Assembly: GCA_903911145.1 (NCBI GenBank)
Contig: CAIWCD010000013.1
Coordinates: 372,001 to 436,000, forward strand
Direction: 5' to 3'
Origin: an uncultured delta proteobacterium
Lineage (GTDB): Bacteria; Myxococcota; Myxococcia; Myxococcales; 40CM-4-68-19
DNA: 64,000 bases
Position numbers and translations under genes: made by a program
Shown here: positions 36,146-48,308 of the stretch, in pieces
How positions within the stretch are numbered: the stretch's first letter is position 1
Layout of the letters: the number at the start of each line of letters is the position of its first letter
The notes under the pieces: model-generated
Seen by the model: the letters and a program-made list of their open reading frames with translations, nothing else
Told to the model about the DNA's origin: nothing
Databases searched by the model: none

Positions 36146-36337
36146 CTAGGAGGCCACCGGCACCGAGTAGTCGATGATCACCACGCCACGCGGCGGCGCT
36201 TCATCGCGGTCGGACCGATCGTTCTGCCTCTGGCGCGAAGCGGGCTGCTCGCCCAGCGGCAACTCAAGCCGCGGCCGACGATCGTCGCGCTCCTGCTCTC
36301 TGCGGCGGATCTCTTCGATGATGAATGCGTCGAGCAT
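36146..36337 (-). CDS. Small hypothetical protein of a type recalled from myxobacteria
   Basis: GGAGG RBS; MLDAFIIEEIRRRE...RPRLELP...RGVVIIDY. Confidence 0.7.
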   Translation of the reverse strand: MLDAFIIEEIRRREQERDDRRPRLELPLGEQPASRQRQNDRSDRDEAPPRGVVIIDYSVPVAS

Positions 36338-36621
36338 GGACCACCTCCGAGTCGTCGAGCTGCGTCTACTCCAATCGGATGCAACATGAAGTCCAACGAT
36401 TCAGACCGCCCGTCGATCTTTCGGACAGCTCGGATTTCATCGAACGACAGAAGCTGCAACCTGCCTTCCCCGCTCTTGTAACAGGGCGATTCGGAGACGG
36501 TCAATTCTTCGGCGACGGCGCCAGATCACCTACAGCGGAGCCACCGCGCGCGCCACGACACGGCTGTCGCGGTGACAAGATCTGACGCCATTCCGATGGC
36601 GAACGAATCAGCTCCGTGTCG

Positions 36622-37074
36622 TCACCGCGCTTGCGCGAGCGACTCGGCGCGGGCCTTGAAATTCGCCAGCAGCCGAGGCAGGCCCGTCTCGCTGAGCGCG
36701 CGCTGAAAGCTCGCCGGCATCGTGCTGGCCGAGAGCGCGATCGCGTAGATCGCACGAGTGCCGGTCGCTGTGGCCTCGAGAGTCCAGCTCCCCGAGTTTG
36801 CGCGCAGCAGTTCGCCGCGCAGGAGCCGCCACTCAATCTTCCATGGCGAAACCTGCACGTGCTCGAGCGTGTAGTCGACCTGGAACAGCTTGGCGTCGAG
36901 CTGGTACGTCACCGCGACGCGGCCTTCGCCTCGCTGTTCAACGCGGATCGATTTCACCTCGGGGATGAACTCGGGATAGCGGGCGTAATCGAGGATGACT
37001 GCGAGCAGCTGCGCCGGCGGCACCGCGACGTCGATGCTCTGCGTGACGAGCGGTAGTGTTTGAGTGTCCGGCAC
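36622..37074 (-). CDS. SRPBCC/START-domain (polyketide cyclase/CoQ-binding-like) protein
   Basis: VILDYARYPEFIPEVK, NSGSWTLE, LLANFKARAE; 2 nt downstream of glpX. Confidence 0.85.
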   Translation of the reverse strand: MPDTQTLPLVTQSIDVAVPPAQLLAVILDYARYPEFIPEVKSIRVEQRGEGRVAVTYQLDAKLFQVDYTLEHVQVSPWKIEWRLLRGELLRANSGSWTLEATATGTRAIYAIALSASTMPASFQRALSETGLPRLLANFKARAESLAQAR

Positions 37075-37076
37075 GG

Positions 37077-38042
<966 letters not shown>

Positions 38043-38149
38043 CGAGGACCCTTCCCTTGCGCTCGCATTCTGGAGCGCGGTTCTTCGGAGGTGTGGAGAC
38101 TATCGAATTCGGCGGGATTGACCATTCGCAAATTGCGCGGCGGCCCGAA

Positions 38150-38665
38150 TCATCTGCTCGTGCCTTCCGGCGCGGAATCGCTCTCGTCCGCGCCAGGAGC
38201 GGGTGCCGGCATCACCAGCGTCTCGATCGTGCGGCTCAATCGGGACGAGGGCGCGAGCGCTTCAAGGAGCCAGTCGGGCGCGCGCGTGGGGCGCAGATCC
38301 TTGCCGATGCAGGCATGCACGGTGTGTCCGAGGCAGGCCGTCACGGCCTCGCCATCGCCGACGATCTTCACAACGTAATCGAAGCGGATCTTCACGCGCG
38401 TGTGAGAGACGCGCAGGTGCACTTCGATGACATCGTCGTAGCGCGCGGGCCGCTGGTAGCGCGCCGAAGCCTCGAGGACCGGGAGGAAGATTCCGCGCGC
38501 TTCGATCTCGCGATAGGCGAGTCCGAGGCTGCGGATCCATTCGTTGCGCGCTCCCTCGAAGAAGCGCAGATAGTTGGCGTAGTAGACGACGCCCATCTGG
38601 TCGGTGTCGCCGTAGAGGACCCGGTGCGTGTAGACGGGCGGACTCGACGCCGCAGGCCCGCTCAT
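38150..38665 (-). CDS. Acyl-CoA thioesterase, YbgC/FadM family
   Basis: RVLYGDTDQMGVVYYANYLRFFEGARNE, PARYDD. Confidence 0.9.
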   Translation of the reverse strand: MSGPAASSPPVYTHRVLYGDTDQMGVVYYANYLRFFEGARNEWIRSLGLAYREIEARGIFLPVLEASARYQRPARYDDVIEVHLRVSHTRVKIRFDYVVKIVGDGEAVTACLGHTVHACIGKDLRPTRAPDWLLEALAPSSRLSRTIETLVMPAPAPGADESDSAPEGTSR

Positions 38666-39267
38666 GGCGCGGCCCTCTCGAACTTCGAAAGGGTCAGGCG
38701 CAGCTGCTCCTGCGCCTTGCCTTCAGTCGACACCGTCCGCGTGCGCAGCTGAACCATCCCGACGTCGGGCGCGTAGGTCCACTCGGTCGAGAAGATTCCG
38801 CCCCCCTCGACGGGCTGCTGGTTCCTGACCACGACGCACTTCTCGAAGTGGCCCGCCGGAGTATCGAGCTGCGCATCGGTCGCGGTGATCTCGAAGCGCT
38901 GCACCGCCATCTCTTCAACCGAGCTCCAGCTCCTGCCGACCGCGATCGGCCCGCGCAGCAGATATCTCGCGCCGTCGCGCAGACCGAGGCTGTCGATGCG
39001 GAGGCGACCGCGGTGATCGTCAAGAAACCAGGGTCCGTCGCGCCCGACGATGCGGATGGTGTCGCTGCTCGTGCTTCCGGCGGCGCGGACCTGGAACGTC
39101 CAGGCGTTTCCGATCGAGAGCGCCGTGTAGCGCGAGACCTCGGCGCCCGCGTCGGAGGCTGGCTCGGAGGGAGAGGTGGCGACCCGCGGTGCCGCCGCGC
39201 AGGAGGCGACCAGCAGGGAGCAGAGCGCGAGAGCGCACAAGCGCAGGCTGGAGGCGGTCAGGATCAT
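38662..39267 (-). CDS. Hypothetical lipoprotein
   Basis: Lipobox LVASC; TPAGHFEKCV and YAPDVGMV motifs of a beta-rich secreted family; stop overlaps next start (ATGA). Confidence 0.7.
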   Translation of the reverse strand: MILTASSLRLCALALCSLLVASCAAAPRVATSPSEPASDAGAEVSRYTALSIGNAWTFQVRAAGSTSSDTIRIVGRDGPWFLDDHRGRLRIDSLGLRDGARYLLRGPIAVGRSWSSVEEMAVQRFEITATDAQLDTPAGHFEKCVVVRNQQPVEGGGIFSTEWTYAPDVGMVQLRTRTVSTEGKAQEQLRLTLSKFERAAP

Positions 39268-39296
39268 CGGCGATCACTCACGTCGAAAGGAGCGGA

Positions 39297-40346
39297 TCAT
39301 GGCGTCGTCGCGGGCGGTCGCGGATTCGCAAGCGGAGGTCGAGACGTCACCTGCGGGTGCGGCGACGACGGAACAGCTGCGGTCTCTTCGCGGCGGCGGC
39401 GAAGATCCGAGAGCGCCTCGTGAGCCGCGCGGCGGACCTCCTCGTCTGGCGATCCGCTCTCGAGAGTGTAGAGATAGGCCTCGGCCTCGCCGCCACCGAG
39501 ACTGCCGATCGCATAGAGGACCTCCGCGACGAACTGCGGCGAGCGCTTGCGCGTGAGGTCGATGAGCGGCCGGACCGCGCGCGGATCTCCGATCGCCACC
39601 AGCGCGCCCATCGCGCGGCGCACGACCTCGGGGCTCTCATCCTCGAGACGCGACAGCAGCAGCGGCACCGCAGCGGGGTTGCGCCTCTCCGCGAGCGCGC
39701 GCACCGCGTAGTCGCGCACGCGCGCATCGCCAGCGGAGAGATCGCGCTGGAGGTCTGCATCGGTCTTGCGGCGAGCCTCGACCTGCCAGGAGAGCGCCGT
39801 GGAGGCCTCGAGCATCGCGGCCGAGAGCGCATCCTCGAACGCCTGCCTGCGCGCGTCCGGATCGGGGCCTCCCGCAGCATCGGCCTGCGTCGGCCGCCGC
39901 GCGCCACCTTCCGCGACGAGCCGCTCGAGATCGCCGTGCCCATCCGGGAGCAGGAGCTCGAGCGAAACCAGGACCTCGGCGAGCTCGTGGTCGCTCACTT
40001 TCGGGGTCGTGGGCAGCAGGACCCGTCGCGCCGCCTCGATCTCGAGGCGCACCTGCGCGCGGGCCGGGCCCTTGCTGTCGAGCTGCACGGTGAACTTGCG
40101 GGTGGCTTCCAGCGCACTCTGCAGCGCTTTTCGGACCTGCTCGGGCGACGTCCCCAACTCGGGAGAAGCGGCGAGATTGGCGTCGCTGACCTGCAGAGTC
40201 GAGATGAGCTGCGACTCCGACAGGGGGCGGTGACAGGCGAGAGCGCAGAGAGCCGCGCCGAGTAAGATCGGGAGGGCAGCAGCGCGACATCGCAGCAGCG
40301 AAGTCTTGGGGAGCAGCGCGAGAGGCATGGGAGCCAGATGAGTCAC
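39297..40346 (-). CDS. HEAT-repeat lipoprotein
   Basis: Lipobox ALAC; PBS/HEAT repeats (VRDYAVRALAE, VVRRAMGALVAIGDPRAVRPLI, VRRAAHEAL). Start 40346 or 40328. Confidence 0.8.
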   Translation of the reverse strand: MTHLAPMPLALLPKTSLLRCRAAALPILLGAALCALACHRPLSESQLISTLQVSDANLAASPELGTSPEQVRKALQSALEATRKFTVQLDSKGPARAQVRLEIEAARRVLLPTTPKVSDHELAEVLVSLELLLPDGHGDLERLVAEGGARRPTQADAAGGPDPDARRQAFEDALSAAMLEASTALSWQVEARRKTDADLQRDLSAGDARVRDYAVRALAERRNPAAVPLLLSRLEDESPEVVRRAMGALVAIGDPRAVRPLIDLTRKRSPQFVAEVLYAIGSLGGGEAEAYLYTLESGSPDEEVRRAAHEALSDLRRRREETAAVPSSPHPQVTSRPPLANPRPPATTP

Positions 40347-40358
40347 GGAGCGCGAAGT

Positions 40359-42188
40359 CTACCCGCCGCTCTCGGCTCCTGCACTGCCCTCGGCTGGGGT
40401 CTCGAGGGAAGAGGCCTCGGCCGCGCCCTGTGCGATCACCCCTTCGCCTGCCGCCGTGGGTGCAGGCGTAGATCCAGTGGCAGTCGTCGCTGCCGAATCC
40501 GGAGCAGAGGAGGCGTCGGTCGTCGTCCCGACCGCGCCAAGCGCGGCTTCGCTCGACGTCGAGGCCGGATCTCCCGCGACGGGAGAGGGTGCGCTCTCGG
40601 CCGACAGTGCGCCTTTCTTCAGCGTGCCCGCGGGCTGGCCCCAGGCCTGATCCGCGGGCGTCGCCATCTTCGGACGCTCTTCGCGATCTCGACGTGGACG
40701 GCGGCGACCATCGCGCGACTCTTCCGACGCGCGGGCAGGTGCGCTCGCTCCGGTCGCCTCGGCACGAACCGTTGCCGATTCGCTCGCAGCCGCCACAGGC
40801 GCGGTCGAGCTCTCGTTCGCAGGAGTCGGGCTTGCGCCCGCGGCGTCCGACTGCACGCCCTCCGACGATGCAGCCATCGTTGCCGAACCGCTCTCATTCG
40901 CGCGGCCATCCTGCGACGAGCCCTCGCGCGGACCGCGATTCTCACGGCCACCTTTGAGTGCGCGCGCGGCTGCGAAGAACGCCTCGTCGACATCGGCGAT
41001 CTCGACGACCTGCACACTCACGCCGACGCGCAACTCGACCAACTCCTCCGCGAGAGCCTCGCCCGCGTAGAGGGCAACGGGCGGCTGGGCCGCAGCCGAG
41101 GCCTCCGCGCGCGCTTCGCGACCGGCTTCACCAGGAGCAAGCAACAGCGCCATCTGCGCCGAGTAGTGCGCGAGATCCTTGCGCAGCTCGAGCACATCCT
41201 GGCGGGAGATCTCGCGACGTCCGCGCACCAGGCGAACCGCGACGCGCAGATCGGAAACGCCCCAGCGGTGGCGCGCCAGATAGATAGGTCCGTCCTTGCT
41301 CCGCTTGGCCACGCGCACATCGCGCATGCCCATCTTCTCGAGGAGCGCAGCGCAGACGTGCTCGAACCCGGCCGTCTCGAGATCCGCGAGACGCTGCCGA
41401 AGTGCACGCACGCAGGCCCGCTTGCCCTCCTGCACGAGCGCCGCTGCTGTCGCGGGGCGTCCGAGCGAACTCTGTGGCGAGCGCTCCATCTCCGCAAGCT
41501 GCGACGGCGGCGGAAACTCGACGAGCGTCACGCGCTCGCCATCGACAATGAACGCCGGCTTGCGGCCCGCCTCGGTGCGGCGCCGATTGTCCTCGAGCAG
41601 CGCTGCCGTGAGCGAAGGAAGATCGTGAGCGAGCGCTTCCGTGATGGCGCCCTTGGCCGCGAGCTCCGCTGCGACCTCCGAGAGCGGCGCGCCGGACTGC
41701 TTGTGTGCAAGCCAATCGAAGACCGCCTCGGCGGCAACCGGCGAGCGCTTGCGGTCGCGATCCTTGTCGCGCTCCCGATCGCGCTCCTGGCGCTCGCGGC
41801 GCTCGGCATCGCCCGGCTCTTCTCCGGCCGCAATCGCCTCCATGCGGCGGCGGGCCTGCGAGTGGATCGGACGGGGCTCCCGCTCGCGCGAACGATACGG
41901 CGGCTCGTTGCTCTCGTCGGGCAGCGGCGGAGGCTTGGCCTCGACCACCAACTCGGCCGGCACACTCCACTCGGTCAGCGCGAAGGTACCCTCAGGCGCG
42001 ATGGCAACGACGTGCCGTTCTTCCTCTCGCTTGGCCATCGCGGAGAGGCGCTGGCCCATCGTCGTGTCGGGATCCTGCCCGACGTGCGAGAGCAGATTCT
42101 CGCGCACCGCAGCCTCGGCGATCTCTTTGTAGTGGAGGGGCTTGCCCGCGCGACGCAGGACTTCAATAGCGGCTTCCGTAAACGTCAT
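40359..42188 (-). CDS. HARE-HTH (HB1/ASXL) domain protein with degenerate Mrr-like nuclease domain
   Basis: N-terminal MTFTEAAIEVLRRAGKPLHYKEI...LL..VG.DP..TM; central FEHVCAALLEKMG ... ISRQDVLELR ... LYAGEALAEEL...VGV; acidic/Ala-rich tail; AAGGAG RBS. Confidence 0.8.
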   Translation of the reverse strand: MTFTEAAIEVLRRAGKPLHYKEIAEAAVRENLLSHVGQDPDTTMGQRLSAMAKREEERHVVAIAPEGTFALTEWSVPAELVVEAKPPPLPDESNEPPYRSREREPRPIHSQARRRMEAIAAGEEPGDAERRERQERDRERDKDRDRKRSPVAAEAVFDWLAHKQSGAPLSEVAAELAAKGAITEALAHDLPSLTAALLEDNRRRTEAGRKPAFIVDGERVTLVEFPPPSQLAEMERSPQSSLGRPATAAALVQEGKRACVRALRQRLADLETAGFEHVCAALLEKMGMRDVRVAKRSKDGPIYLARHRWGVSDLRVAVRLVRGRREISRQDVLELRKDLAHYSAQMALLLAPGEAGREARAEASAAAQPPVALYAGEALAEELVELRVGVSVQVVEIADVDEAFFAAARALKGGRENRGPREGSSQDGRANESGSATMAASSEGVQSDAAGASPTPANESSTAPVAAASESATVRAEATGASAPARASEESRDGRRRPRRDREERPKMATPADQAWGQPAGTLKKGALSAESAPSPVAGDPASTSSEAALGAVGTTTDASSAPDSAATTATGSTPAPTAAGEGVIAQGAAEASSLETPAEGSAGAESGG

Positions 42189-42283
42189 GTTGTGTTGCTC
42201 CTTCGGCCCTCAAGAAAACCGCATGGCGCTGTTCGAAGCGGCGCGTGTGCGGCGAAGCGGGGACCGGTTGTCTTGAGCCACTG

Positions 42284-42310
42284 AATATACCAGCGATCGG
42301 GACTAGTCAA
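42284..42310 (-). promoter_or_regulatory. Candidate sigma70-type promoter for the HARE-HTH gene
   Basis: Minus strand TTGACT-N15-TATATT with extended -10 TG (TGgTATATT); spacer is short. Confidence 0.35.
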
Positions 42311-42396
42311 GACGACCGCGTTTGTCAACCGGCAGCACCGTCCGATTTCGCGTCCCGATTGAACTGCGCGCCCACCTCTGTTACCCGAAGCGCGCC

Positions 42397-43875
42397 ATGA
42401 CCCTGCCCCGCGTCCGATTCGCTCCCTCGCCCACCGGCTATCTCCACATCGGCGGCGCCCGCACCGCGCTCTTCAACTGGCTCTTCGCTCGCCGCGCTCG
42501 CGCCGAGGGCAAGGGCGCGTTCGTGCTGCGGATCGAAGACACCGATCGCGAGCGCTCCACCGAGGCGAGCGTGCAGGCGATCCTCGACGGCATGCGCTGG
42601 ATGGGCCTCGATTGGGACGAGGGCCCCGAGGTGCAGATGGACGGCCGGAAGATCGGCGGAGGCCCGCACGCGCCCTACTTCCAGACGCAGCGCTTGAGCA
42701 CCTATGATCGATATTCCGAGAAGCTGATTGCAGAGGGAAAGGCCTATCGCTGCAACTGCACGAAGTCGGAGCTCGACATCCTTCGCGAGCAGGCGCAGCG
42801 CGAGAAGCGCGGCTTCAAGTATCCGGGGATCTGCCGCGAGAAGAAGCTTTCGAAAGACACCAGCGGCGCGATCGTCCGCTTCCGCATGCCCGACGAGGGC
42901 GCGACGACCTTCAATGATCTGGTGAAGGGCGCGATCACGACACAGCACAAGGAGCTGCAGGACGAGGTGATCCTGCGCAACGACGGAGTGCCGCTCTACA
43001 ACTTCGGCGCAGTCGTCGATGATGTCGAGATGGGCATCACGCTCGTCGCGCGCGGCGACGATCACGTCGTCAATACGCCGCGGCAGATCCTGATGTACCA
43101 GGCGCTCGGATTTCCCGTGCCGACGTTTGCGCATCTGCCGATGATTCTCGGCGCAGACAAGCAGCGGCTCTCCAAGCGTCACGGCGCCGTCAGCGTGCTG
43201 CAGTATCGCGACGACGGATATCTCCCGGGCGCGCTGGTCAACTATCTCGTGCGCCTCGGCTGGTCGCACGGCGATCAGGAGATCTTCACTCTCGAGGAGC
43301 TGGTCGAGAAGTTCGATTGGGATCACGTCGGCGCGACGGCGGGCGTGTTCAATCCCGAGAAGCTGCTCTGGTTGAACCAGCAGTGGATCAAGAAGACGCC
43401 GCTCAATGAACTGGCCGCGCAGGTCAAGCCGCTGATGATCGCGCGACACAGTCACAAGATCACTCCCGACCTCGATCTCAATCGATTGGCGCTGGTCCTC
43501 GCTCCGATGGTCGAGCGGGCGAAGACGCTGCTGGAGATGGCCGACGGCGCGGTGACGTTCTTCGAGCGCGGCGTGACGTTTGATGAGGCCGCGGCGAAGA
43601 AGCACCTGACCGCAGAAGCGAAGACGATTCTCGAGAGCGCGCGGGCGTTGATCGACGCGCGTTTCGCCGAGGGTGGCCACGCGCTCGAGGCGGCCTTCCG
43701 CGACGCAGCAGCAGCGCAGGGATTGGGTCTCGGCAAGCTGGCGCAGCCCGTGCGCGTCGCGGTCACCGGCACCACGGTGTCGCCGCCGCTCTTCGATACC
43801 ATCGTGCTGCTCGGGCGCGAGGAGTCGCTCGCCCGCATCGACGCGGCGCTCGCTCGCATCGGAACCGGCGCATGA
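42397..43875 (+). CDS. gltX: Glutamate--tRNA ligase
   Basis: RVRFAPSPTGYLHIGGARTALFNWL, LRIEDTD, RGDDH, KMSKS-like RLSKRHG, SPPLFD. Confidence 0.97.
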   Translation: MTLPRVRFAPSPTGYLHIGGARTALFNWLFARRARAEGKGAFVLRIEDTDRERSTEASVQAILDGMRWMGLDWDEGPEVQMDGRKIGGGPHAPYFQTQRLSTYDRYSEKLIAEGKAYRCNCTKSELDILREQAQREKRGFKYPGICREKKLSKDTSGAIVRFRMPDEGATTFNDLVKGAITTQHKELQDEVILRNDGVPLYNFGAVVDDVEMGITLVARGDDHVVNTPRQILMYQALGFPVPTFAHLPMILGADKQRLSKRHGAVSVLQYRDDGYLPGALVNYLVRLGWSHGDQEIFTLEELVEKFDWDHVGATAGVFNPEKLLWLNQQWIKKTPLNELAAQVKPLMIARHSHKITPDLDLNRLALVLAPMVERAKTLLEMADGAVTFFERGVTFDEAAAKKHLTAEAKTILESARALIDARFAEGGHALEAAFRDAAAAQGLGLGKLAQPVRVAVTGTTVSPPLFDTIVLLGREESLARIDAALARIGTGA

Positions 43876-44258
43876 CGATCCGCACGCTCATCCAACGCTC
43901 GGGCCTCATCGGCGCGCTCCTGATCGCGATGGCACTTCCTGTTCGACCCGCGTTCGCGGCCGGCGAATTCAAAGCGCGCGGCTTCACGCTGCCGAGCGGC
44001 GCGGTCAAGATCGATGAGGATCGCTACCGTCTTCCGAGCAACTGGGACGAGGTGCAGCGTTTCTATCGCAGCACCTATCCAGCGCCGAAGTATCCGCGGC
44101 ACGTGCTGCGCAACCAGACCGGCGTGCGCGCAATCCACATCGTCAACCCCAAGTCGGGCGACGATTGGGCCGGCGTGAATCTCTACGAGGCAGCGCGCGG
44201 CGAGGTCCGCGTCTACGTGCTCGGACCAGATTCACCCGCAGCGCCTGCGACACCCTGA
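43872..44258 (+). CDS. Hypothetical secreted protein
   Basis: ATG overlaps gltX stop (ATGA); signal peptide ending AFA. Confidence 0.7.
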   Translation: MTIRTLIQRSGLIGALLIAMALPVRPAFAAGEFKARGFTLPSGAVKIDEDRYRLPSNWDEVQRFYRSTYPAPKYPRHVLRNQTGVRAIHIVNPKSGDDWAGVNLYEAARGEVRVYVLGPDSPAAPATP

Positions 44259-44378
44259 CTCCCGACGGGGACGATGCGCGGAGGATCCATCTCGCGCGGA
44301 TAGAGACTTTCTTTTCGGAAGTCGCCATCCCAACAGAAGCGGATATCAAGAAGGAAGCAGCTTTCCGCTCGGAAGCGA

Positions 44379-45917
44379 CTATCCGCGTGTGGCGGCGACG
44401 ATCTCGTCGAGCGCCGCGCTGACGGCCGAGATGTCCTTGTGCAGCTCGCGATCCTCGTCCATGTGCGGGACGTGCTTGCGCAGCGCCGCATGGGCCGCGC
44501 AAACACCCTCGCCAGCCTGCAGCGGCGCGCGCGCATCGAGCGCCTGCGCGGCGACGAGCAGCTCGATCGCGACCACCGTGCGCGCGTTCTCCACCACCGT
44601 GCGCGCCTTGAGCGCCGCGGCCATGCCCATGCTGACGTGATCCTCGCGGCCCGCCGAACTGGGAATGGTGTCAACGCAGGCCGGATGCGCGTAGATCTTG
44701 CTCTCGCTCGCCAGCGCCGCCGACGTCACCTGCGCGATCATGAAGCCCGAGTTGAGGCCCGAGTTCTGCGTGAGAAACGCGTGCAGCCCCGAGAGCGCGG
44801 GATTGACCAACTGCTCGACGCGCCGCTCGCTGATGGTCTGCAGTTGCGTGAGCGCGATGGCGAGAAAATCGAGCGCCTGGGAAATCGGCTGGCCGTGAAA
44901 ATTCCCGCCGCTGACGATCAGCTCCTCGGGGAGATCGTCGTGACCGTGCCCGCGCGCGAAGACGAGCGGATTGTCGGTGGCCGCGTTGAGCTCGATGGAG
45001 AGCGTCTCGCGCACAAACCGCAGACTGTCGCGGACAGCGCCGTGGACTTGCGGTGCGCAGCGCAGCGAGTAGGGATCCTGCACCTTCTCGCAGGAGTGGC
45101 CCTGGTGGCTCGCGTTGATCTCGCTGTTCGCGAGCAGCTTGCGCAGATGAGCCGCGACCTCGCTCTGGCCGCGGTGCCCGCGCACGCGATGGATTGCGGG
45201 GAGAAACGGCTTGTGCGAGCCCATCAGCGCCTCGATGGTCATCGCCGCGGCGACGTCGGCGGCCTCGGCGATGAGCTCGGCCTCGACGAGCGCCAGCCCG
45301 CCCACCGCCTGCATCGCCTGCGTTCCATTGACGAGGGCGAGTCCCTCCTTCGCTTCAAGAACGAGCGGCGAAAGCCCCGCGCCAGAAAGAGCCGCAGCAC
45401 CGCTCATCCGCGCCCCGCCTGGTCCAGCGAACGCTTCGCCCTCGCCGATCAGCACCAGCGCCAGATGCGCGAGCGGTGCAAGATCTCCGCTCGCCCCCAC
45501 GGAGCCCTTCTCCGGCACAACCGGCAGCACCGAGCGCCGATAGAGTTCGAGGAGCAGATCGAGCACCTCTTCGCGCACGCCCGACAGCCCGCGCGAAAGA
45601 ACGTTGGCGCGCAGCACGATCAGCGCCCGCACCTCACGCTGGCTCATCGGGCGTCCCGTCCCCGCCGCGTGGCTGAGGATGAGATTGCGCTGCAGACGCC
45701 GCAGCTCATTCTTCGGAATCGACACCTCCGCGAGCGTGCCGAAGCCGGTGTTGATGCCGTAGGTGGGCACGCCGCTCTCGGCGATCCGATCGACCAGGCG
45801 TCGGGCCTCGCGCAGCCGCTCCCGCGCACCGGGCGCGATCTCAACCTGCGCGCGCCCCTCGCACGCTGCCTGCAGTTGCTCGAGCGTCAGCCGCGTTCCA
45901 TCGAGGACGATGTGCAT
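44379..45917 (-). CDS. hutH: Histidine ammonia-lyase
   Basis: [23 protein letters not shown] motif [44 protein letters not shown]. Confidence 0.97.
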   Translation of the reverse strand: MHIVLDGTRLTLEQLQAACEGRAQVEIAPGARERLREARRLVDRIAESGVPTYGINTGFGTLAEVSIPKNELRRLQRNLILSHAAGTGRPMSQREVRALIVLRANVLSRGLSGVREEVLDLLLELYRRSVLPVVPEKGSVGASGDLAPLAHLALVLIGEGEAFAGPGGARMSGAAALSGAGLSPLVLEAKEGLALVNGTQAMQAVGGLALVEAELIAEAADVAAAMTIEALMGSHKPFLPAIHRVRGHRGQSEVAAHLRKLLANSEINASHQGHSCEKVQDPYSLRCAPQVHGAVRDSLRFVRETLSIELNAATDNPLVFARGHGHDDLPEELIVSGGNFHGQPISQALDFLAIALTQLQTISERRVEQLVNPALSGLHAFLTQNSGLNSGFMIAQVTSAALASESKIYAHPACVDTIPSSAGREDHVSMGMAAALKARTVVENARTVVAIELLVAAQALDARAPLQAGEGVCAAHAALRKHVPHMDEDRELHKDISAVSAALDEIVAATRG

Positions 45918-46020
45918 GGCCGCGCCTTCTACATCATCTGCACCAAAGGTTGCGATTGGCGGTGGCAAAGATCGGGATGCCTGTACTACTGTGCGCGCCG
46001 TCTCTTTCTAGGAGTCGTTC

Positions 46021-47031
46021 ATGCGGGCGTCTTTCACGCTGCTGGCTGGTGCCGTTGCGACAGTCGCATCACTCTGTTTCGCCCCCGCCGCGCGCGCCGA
46101 TGACACCGCCGCGCCGGTCATCGTCTACACGCCGCCGCCCTCGGGTAGCCTGCCGAAGGCCGCGTTCACCGTCACGGCGAAGATCACCGACGAGAGCAAG
46201 TTCTTCCCACAGGTCTTCTTCCGCCAGGGCTCCGGGAAGTTCGAGAAGGCTCTCGACATGAAGAAGACCAAGAGCGGCAAGGACACGTATGAGGCGACCA
46301 TCCCGTACAAGGGTGATCAGCTCGAGTTCTACATCGAGGCATACGACGAGTTCGGCAACGGCCCAGCGCGCGCGGGAGATCCCGAGGGTCCGTTCAAGCT
46401 GACGCTCGGAGAGACCGCACCGCCGCCTCCTCCGCAGGTCGTCACGAAGCCGACGTCGGGAAACAACGGCGGCTCGACCGGTCCCGTCGCACCTGGCCCG
46501 TCGACCAAGCCGGGCAACGGCGGCGCGGTCGCCTCCTCGAGCAGCGGGCGCACCTGGACATGGGTCGTCGGCGGCGTTGGACTCGGACTTCTCACCGGCG
46601 GGCTCGTCGCCGGACTCGCGGTCAAGTCGGCCGACGATGCCTACAAGCAGGCGCTCGCGGGCTCGGGCAGCAGCGGCGGCTCGTCGCAAGTGACCAACCC
46701 CTCGGCACTGCAGGCGCAGTACGACGCCAATGCCTCGCTCGGCACCAAGGCGACGATCCTCACCATCAGCGGCGCGGTGCTGCTCGCGGGCGGCGTTGCG
46801 CTCTTCTTCGTCGAGCCGATGCTCAACGGTGACAGCGCGTCTGACAGCGGCGCAAAGAACAAGAGCAGTACGACCAAGCCCGGCAAGCCGAAGCACAGCG
46901 ATGACGACAGCGGCTTCAGCGGCGAGAACGACACGGTTCCCGCGGCACCGCTGCCTGCAGTCTCGAACCTCTCGGTCGGCGCCGCGCCTGTGCAGGGCGG
47001 AGCAGCGTTCGCTCTCGCCGGCCACTTTTAA
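46021..47031 (+). CDS. Hypothetical exported protein (Ig-like domain, Pro/Gly linker, two hydrophobic segments)
   Basis: Signal peptide ending ARA; YEATIP...[13 protein letters not shown]-terminal [11 protein letters not shown]. Confidence 0.75.
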   Translation: MRASFTLLAGAVATVASLCFAPAARADDTAAPVIVYTPPPSGSLPKAAFTVTAKITDESKFFPQVFFRQGSGKFEKALDMKKTKSGKDTYEATIPYKGDQLEFYIEAYDEFGNGPARAGDPEGPFKLTLGETAPPPPPQVVTKPTSGNNGGSTGPVAPGPSTKPGNGGAVASSSSGRTWTWVVGGVGLGLLTGGLVAGLAVKSADDAYKQALAGSGSSGGSSQVTNPSALQAQYDANASLGTKATILTISGAVLLAGGVALFFVEPMLNGDSASDSGAKNKSSTTKPGKPKHSDDDSGFSGENDTVPAAPLPAVSNLSVGAAPVQGGAAFALAGHF

Positions 47032-47038
47032 TCCGCAC

Positions 47039-48271
47039 GTGGCACTGATCGTCCAGAAGTACGGCGGCACGTCCGTCGGTGATCTCGATCGCATGCGCAA
47101 CGTCGCTCGCCGGGCGCTCGCTGCACGTGCGGCCGGGCATGATGTCGTCGTGGTCGTCTCGGCGATGTCGGGCGAGACCAACCGGCTCCTCAAGCTGACC
47201 AATGGGATTTCCGCGCGCCCGGATCAACGCGAACAGGACGTCGTCGTCTCGACCGGCGAGCAGGTCGCTGTCGGCCTCGTCGCGCTGGCGATCCAGGCGC
47301 AGAGCGGGTCATCGGCGAGCGCGCGAAGCTTCCTCGGGCATCAAGTCCGCATTCTCACCGACTCGGCCCACGCGAACGCACGCATCAAGAGCATCGACGA
47401 TTCGAAATTGCGCGAGAGCCTCGGCCGCGGCGAGATCGCGGTGGTCGCGGGCTTCCAGGGAATCGACGAGCACGGGAACATCACGACGCTCGGACGCGGC
47501 GGCAGCGACACCACCGCCGTCGCGCTCGCGGCCGCCCTCAAGGCCGACGCGTGCGAGATCTACACGGACGTCGACGGCGTCTACACCACCGATCCGAACC
47601 TCTGCAAAGGCGCGCGCAAGCTCGATCGCATCGCGTACGAGGAGATGCTCGAACTCGCCTCGCTCGGCGCCAAGGTGCTGCAGATCCGTTCGGTGGAATT
47701 CGCGATGAAGTACCAGGTCCCGCTCTGGGTGAAGTCGAGCTTCAACGACGATCCCGGCACGCTGGTCTGCAAAGAGGAGCCCGGCATGGAAGACGTCGTC
47801 GTCAGCGGCATCGCGCTTCAACGAGATGAGGCCCGCTTCGTCGCGCGCGACGTTCCGGACAGGCCAGGCCTGGCTGCGCGCATCTTTACCGCACTCGCCC
47901 AGGCGAATATCGTGGTGGACGTGATCGTGCAGACCCCCTCGCATGGCGGGCACACGGACGTCGCTTTCACCGTCGCGAAGATCGATCTCGACCGGGCGCG
48001 AGAGATGATGGCGCCGCTCGCGAAGGAGCTCGGCATCGGCGCGATCGAAGTCGAGAACGACATCGCGAAGGTGAGCATCGTCGGCGTCGGCATGCGCAAC
48101 CACGCAGGCGTCGCGAGCAAGATGTTCCAGACGCTCGCAGATGAGGGCGTGAACATCCGCGTCATCTCCACATCGGAGATCAAGATCACCTGCCTCATCG
48201 ACGAAAAGTACGCGGAGCTCGCCGTGCGCTCGCTGCACGCGGCCTTCGGGCTCGACCAGAAGCGCGGATAG
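47039..48271 (+). CDS. lysC: Aspartate kinase
   Basis: GTG start [45 protein letters not shown], two ACT domains (STSEIKI). Confidence 0.96.
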   Translation: MALIVQKYGGTSVGDLDRMRNVARRALAARAAGHDVVVVVSAMSGETNRLLKLTNGISARPDQREQDVVVSTGEQVAVGLVALAIQAQSGSSASARSFLGHQVRILTDSAHANARIKSIDDSKLRESLGRGEIAVVAGFQGIDEHGNITTLGRGGSDTTAVALAAALKADACEIYTDVDGVYTTDPNLCKGARKLDRIAYEEMLELASLGAKVLQIRSVEFAMKYQVPLWVKSSFNDDPGTLVCKEEPGMEDVVVSGIALQRDEARFVARDVPDRPGLAARIFTALAQANIVVDVIVQTPSHGGHTDVAFTVAKIDLDRAREMMAPLAKELGIGAIEVENDIAKVSIVGVGMRNHAGVASKMFQTLADEGVNIRVISTSEIKITCLIDEKYAELAVRSLHAAFGLDQKRG

Positions 48272-48308
48272 TTCGCAGCGTCCTTCAAGCGCACTGTCAG
48301 GAGCCCCC

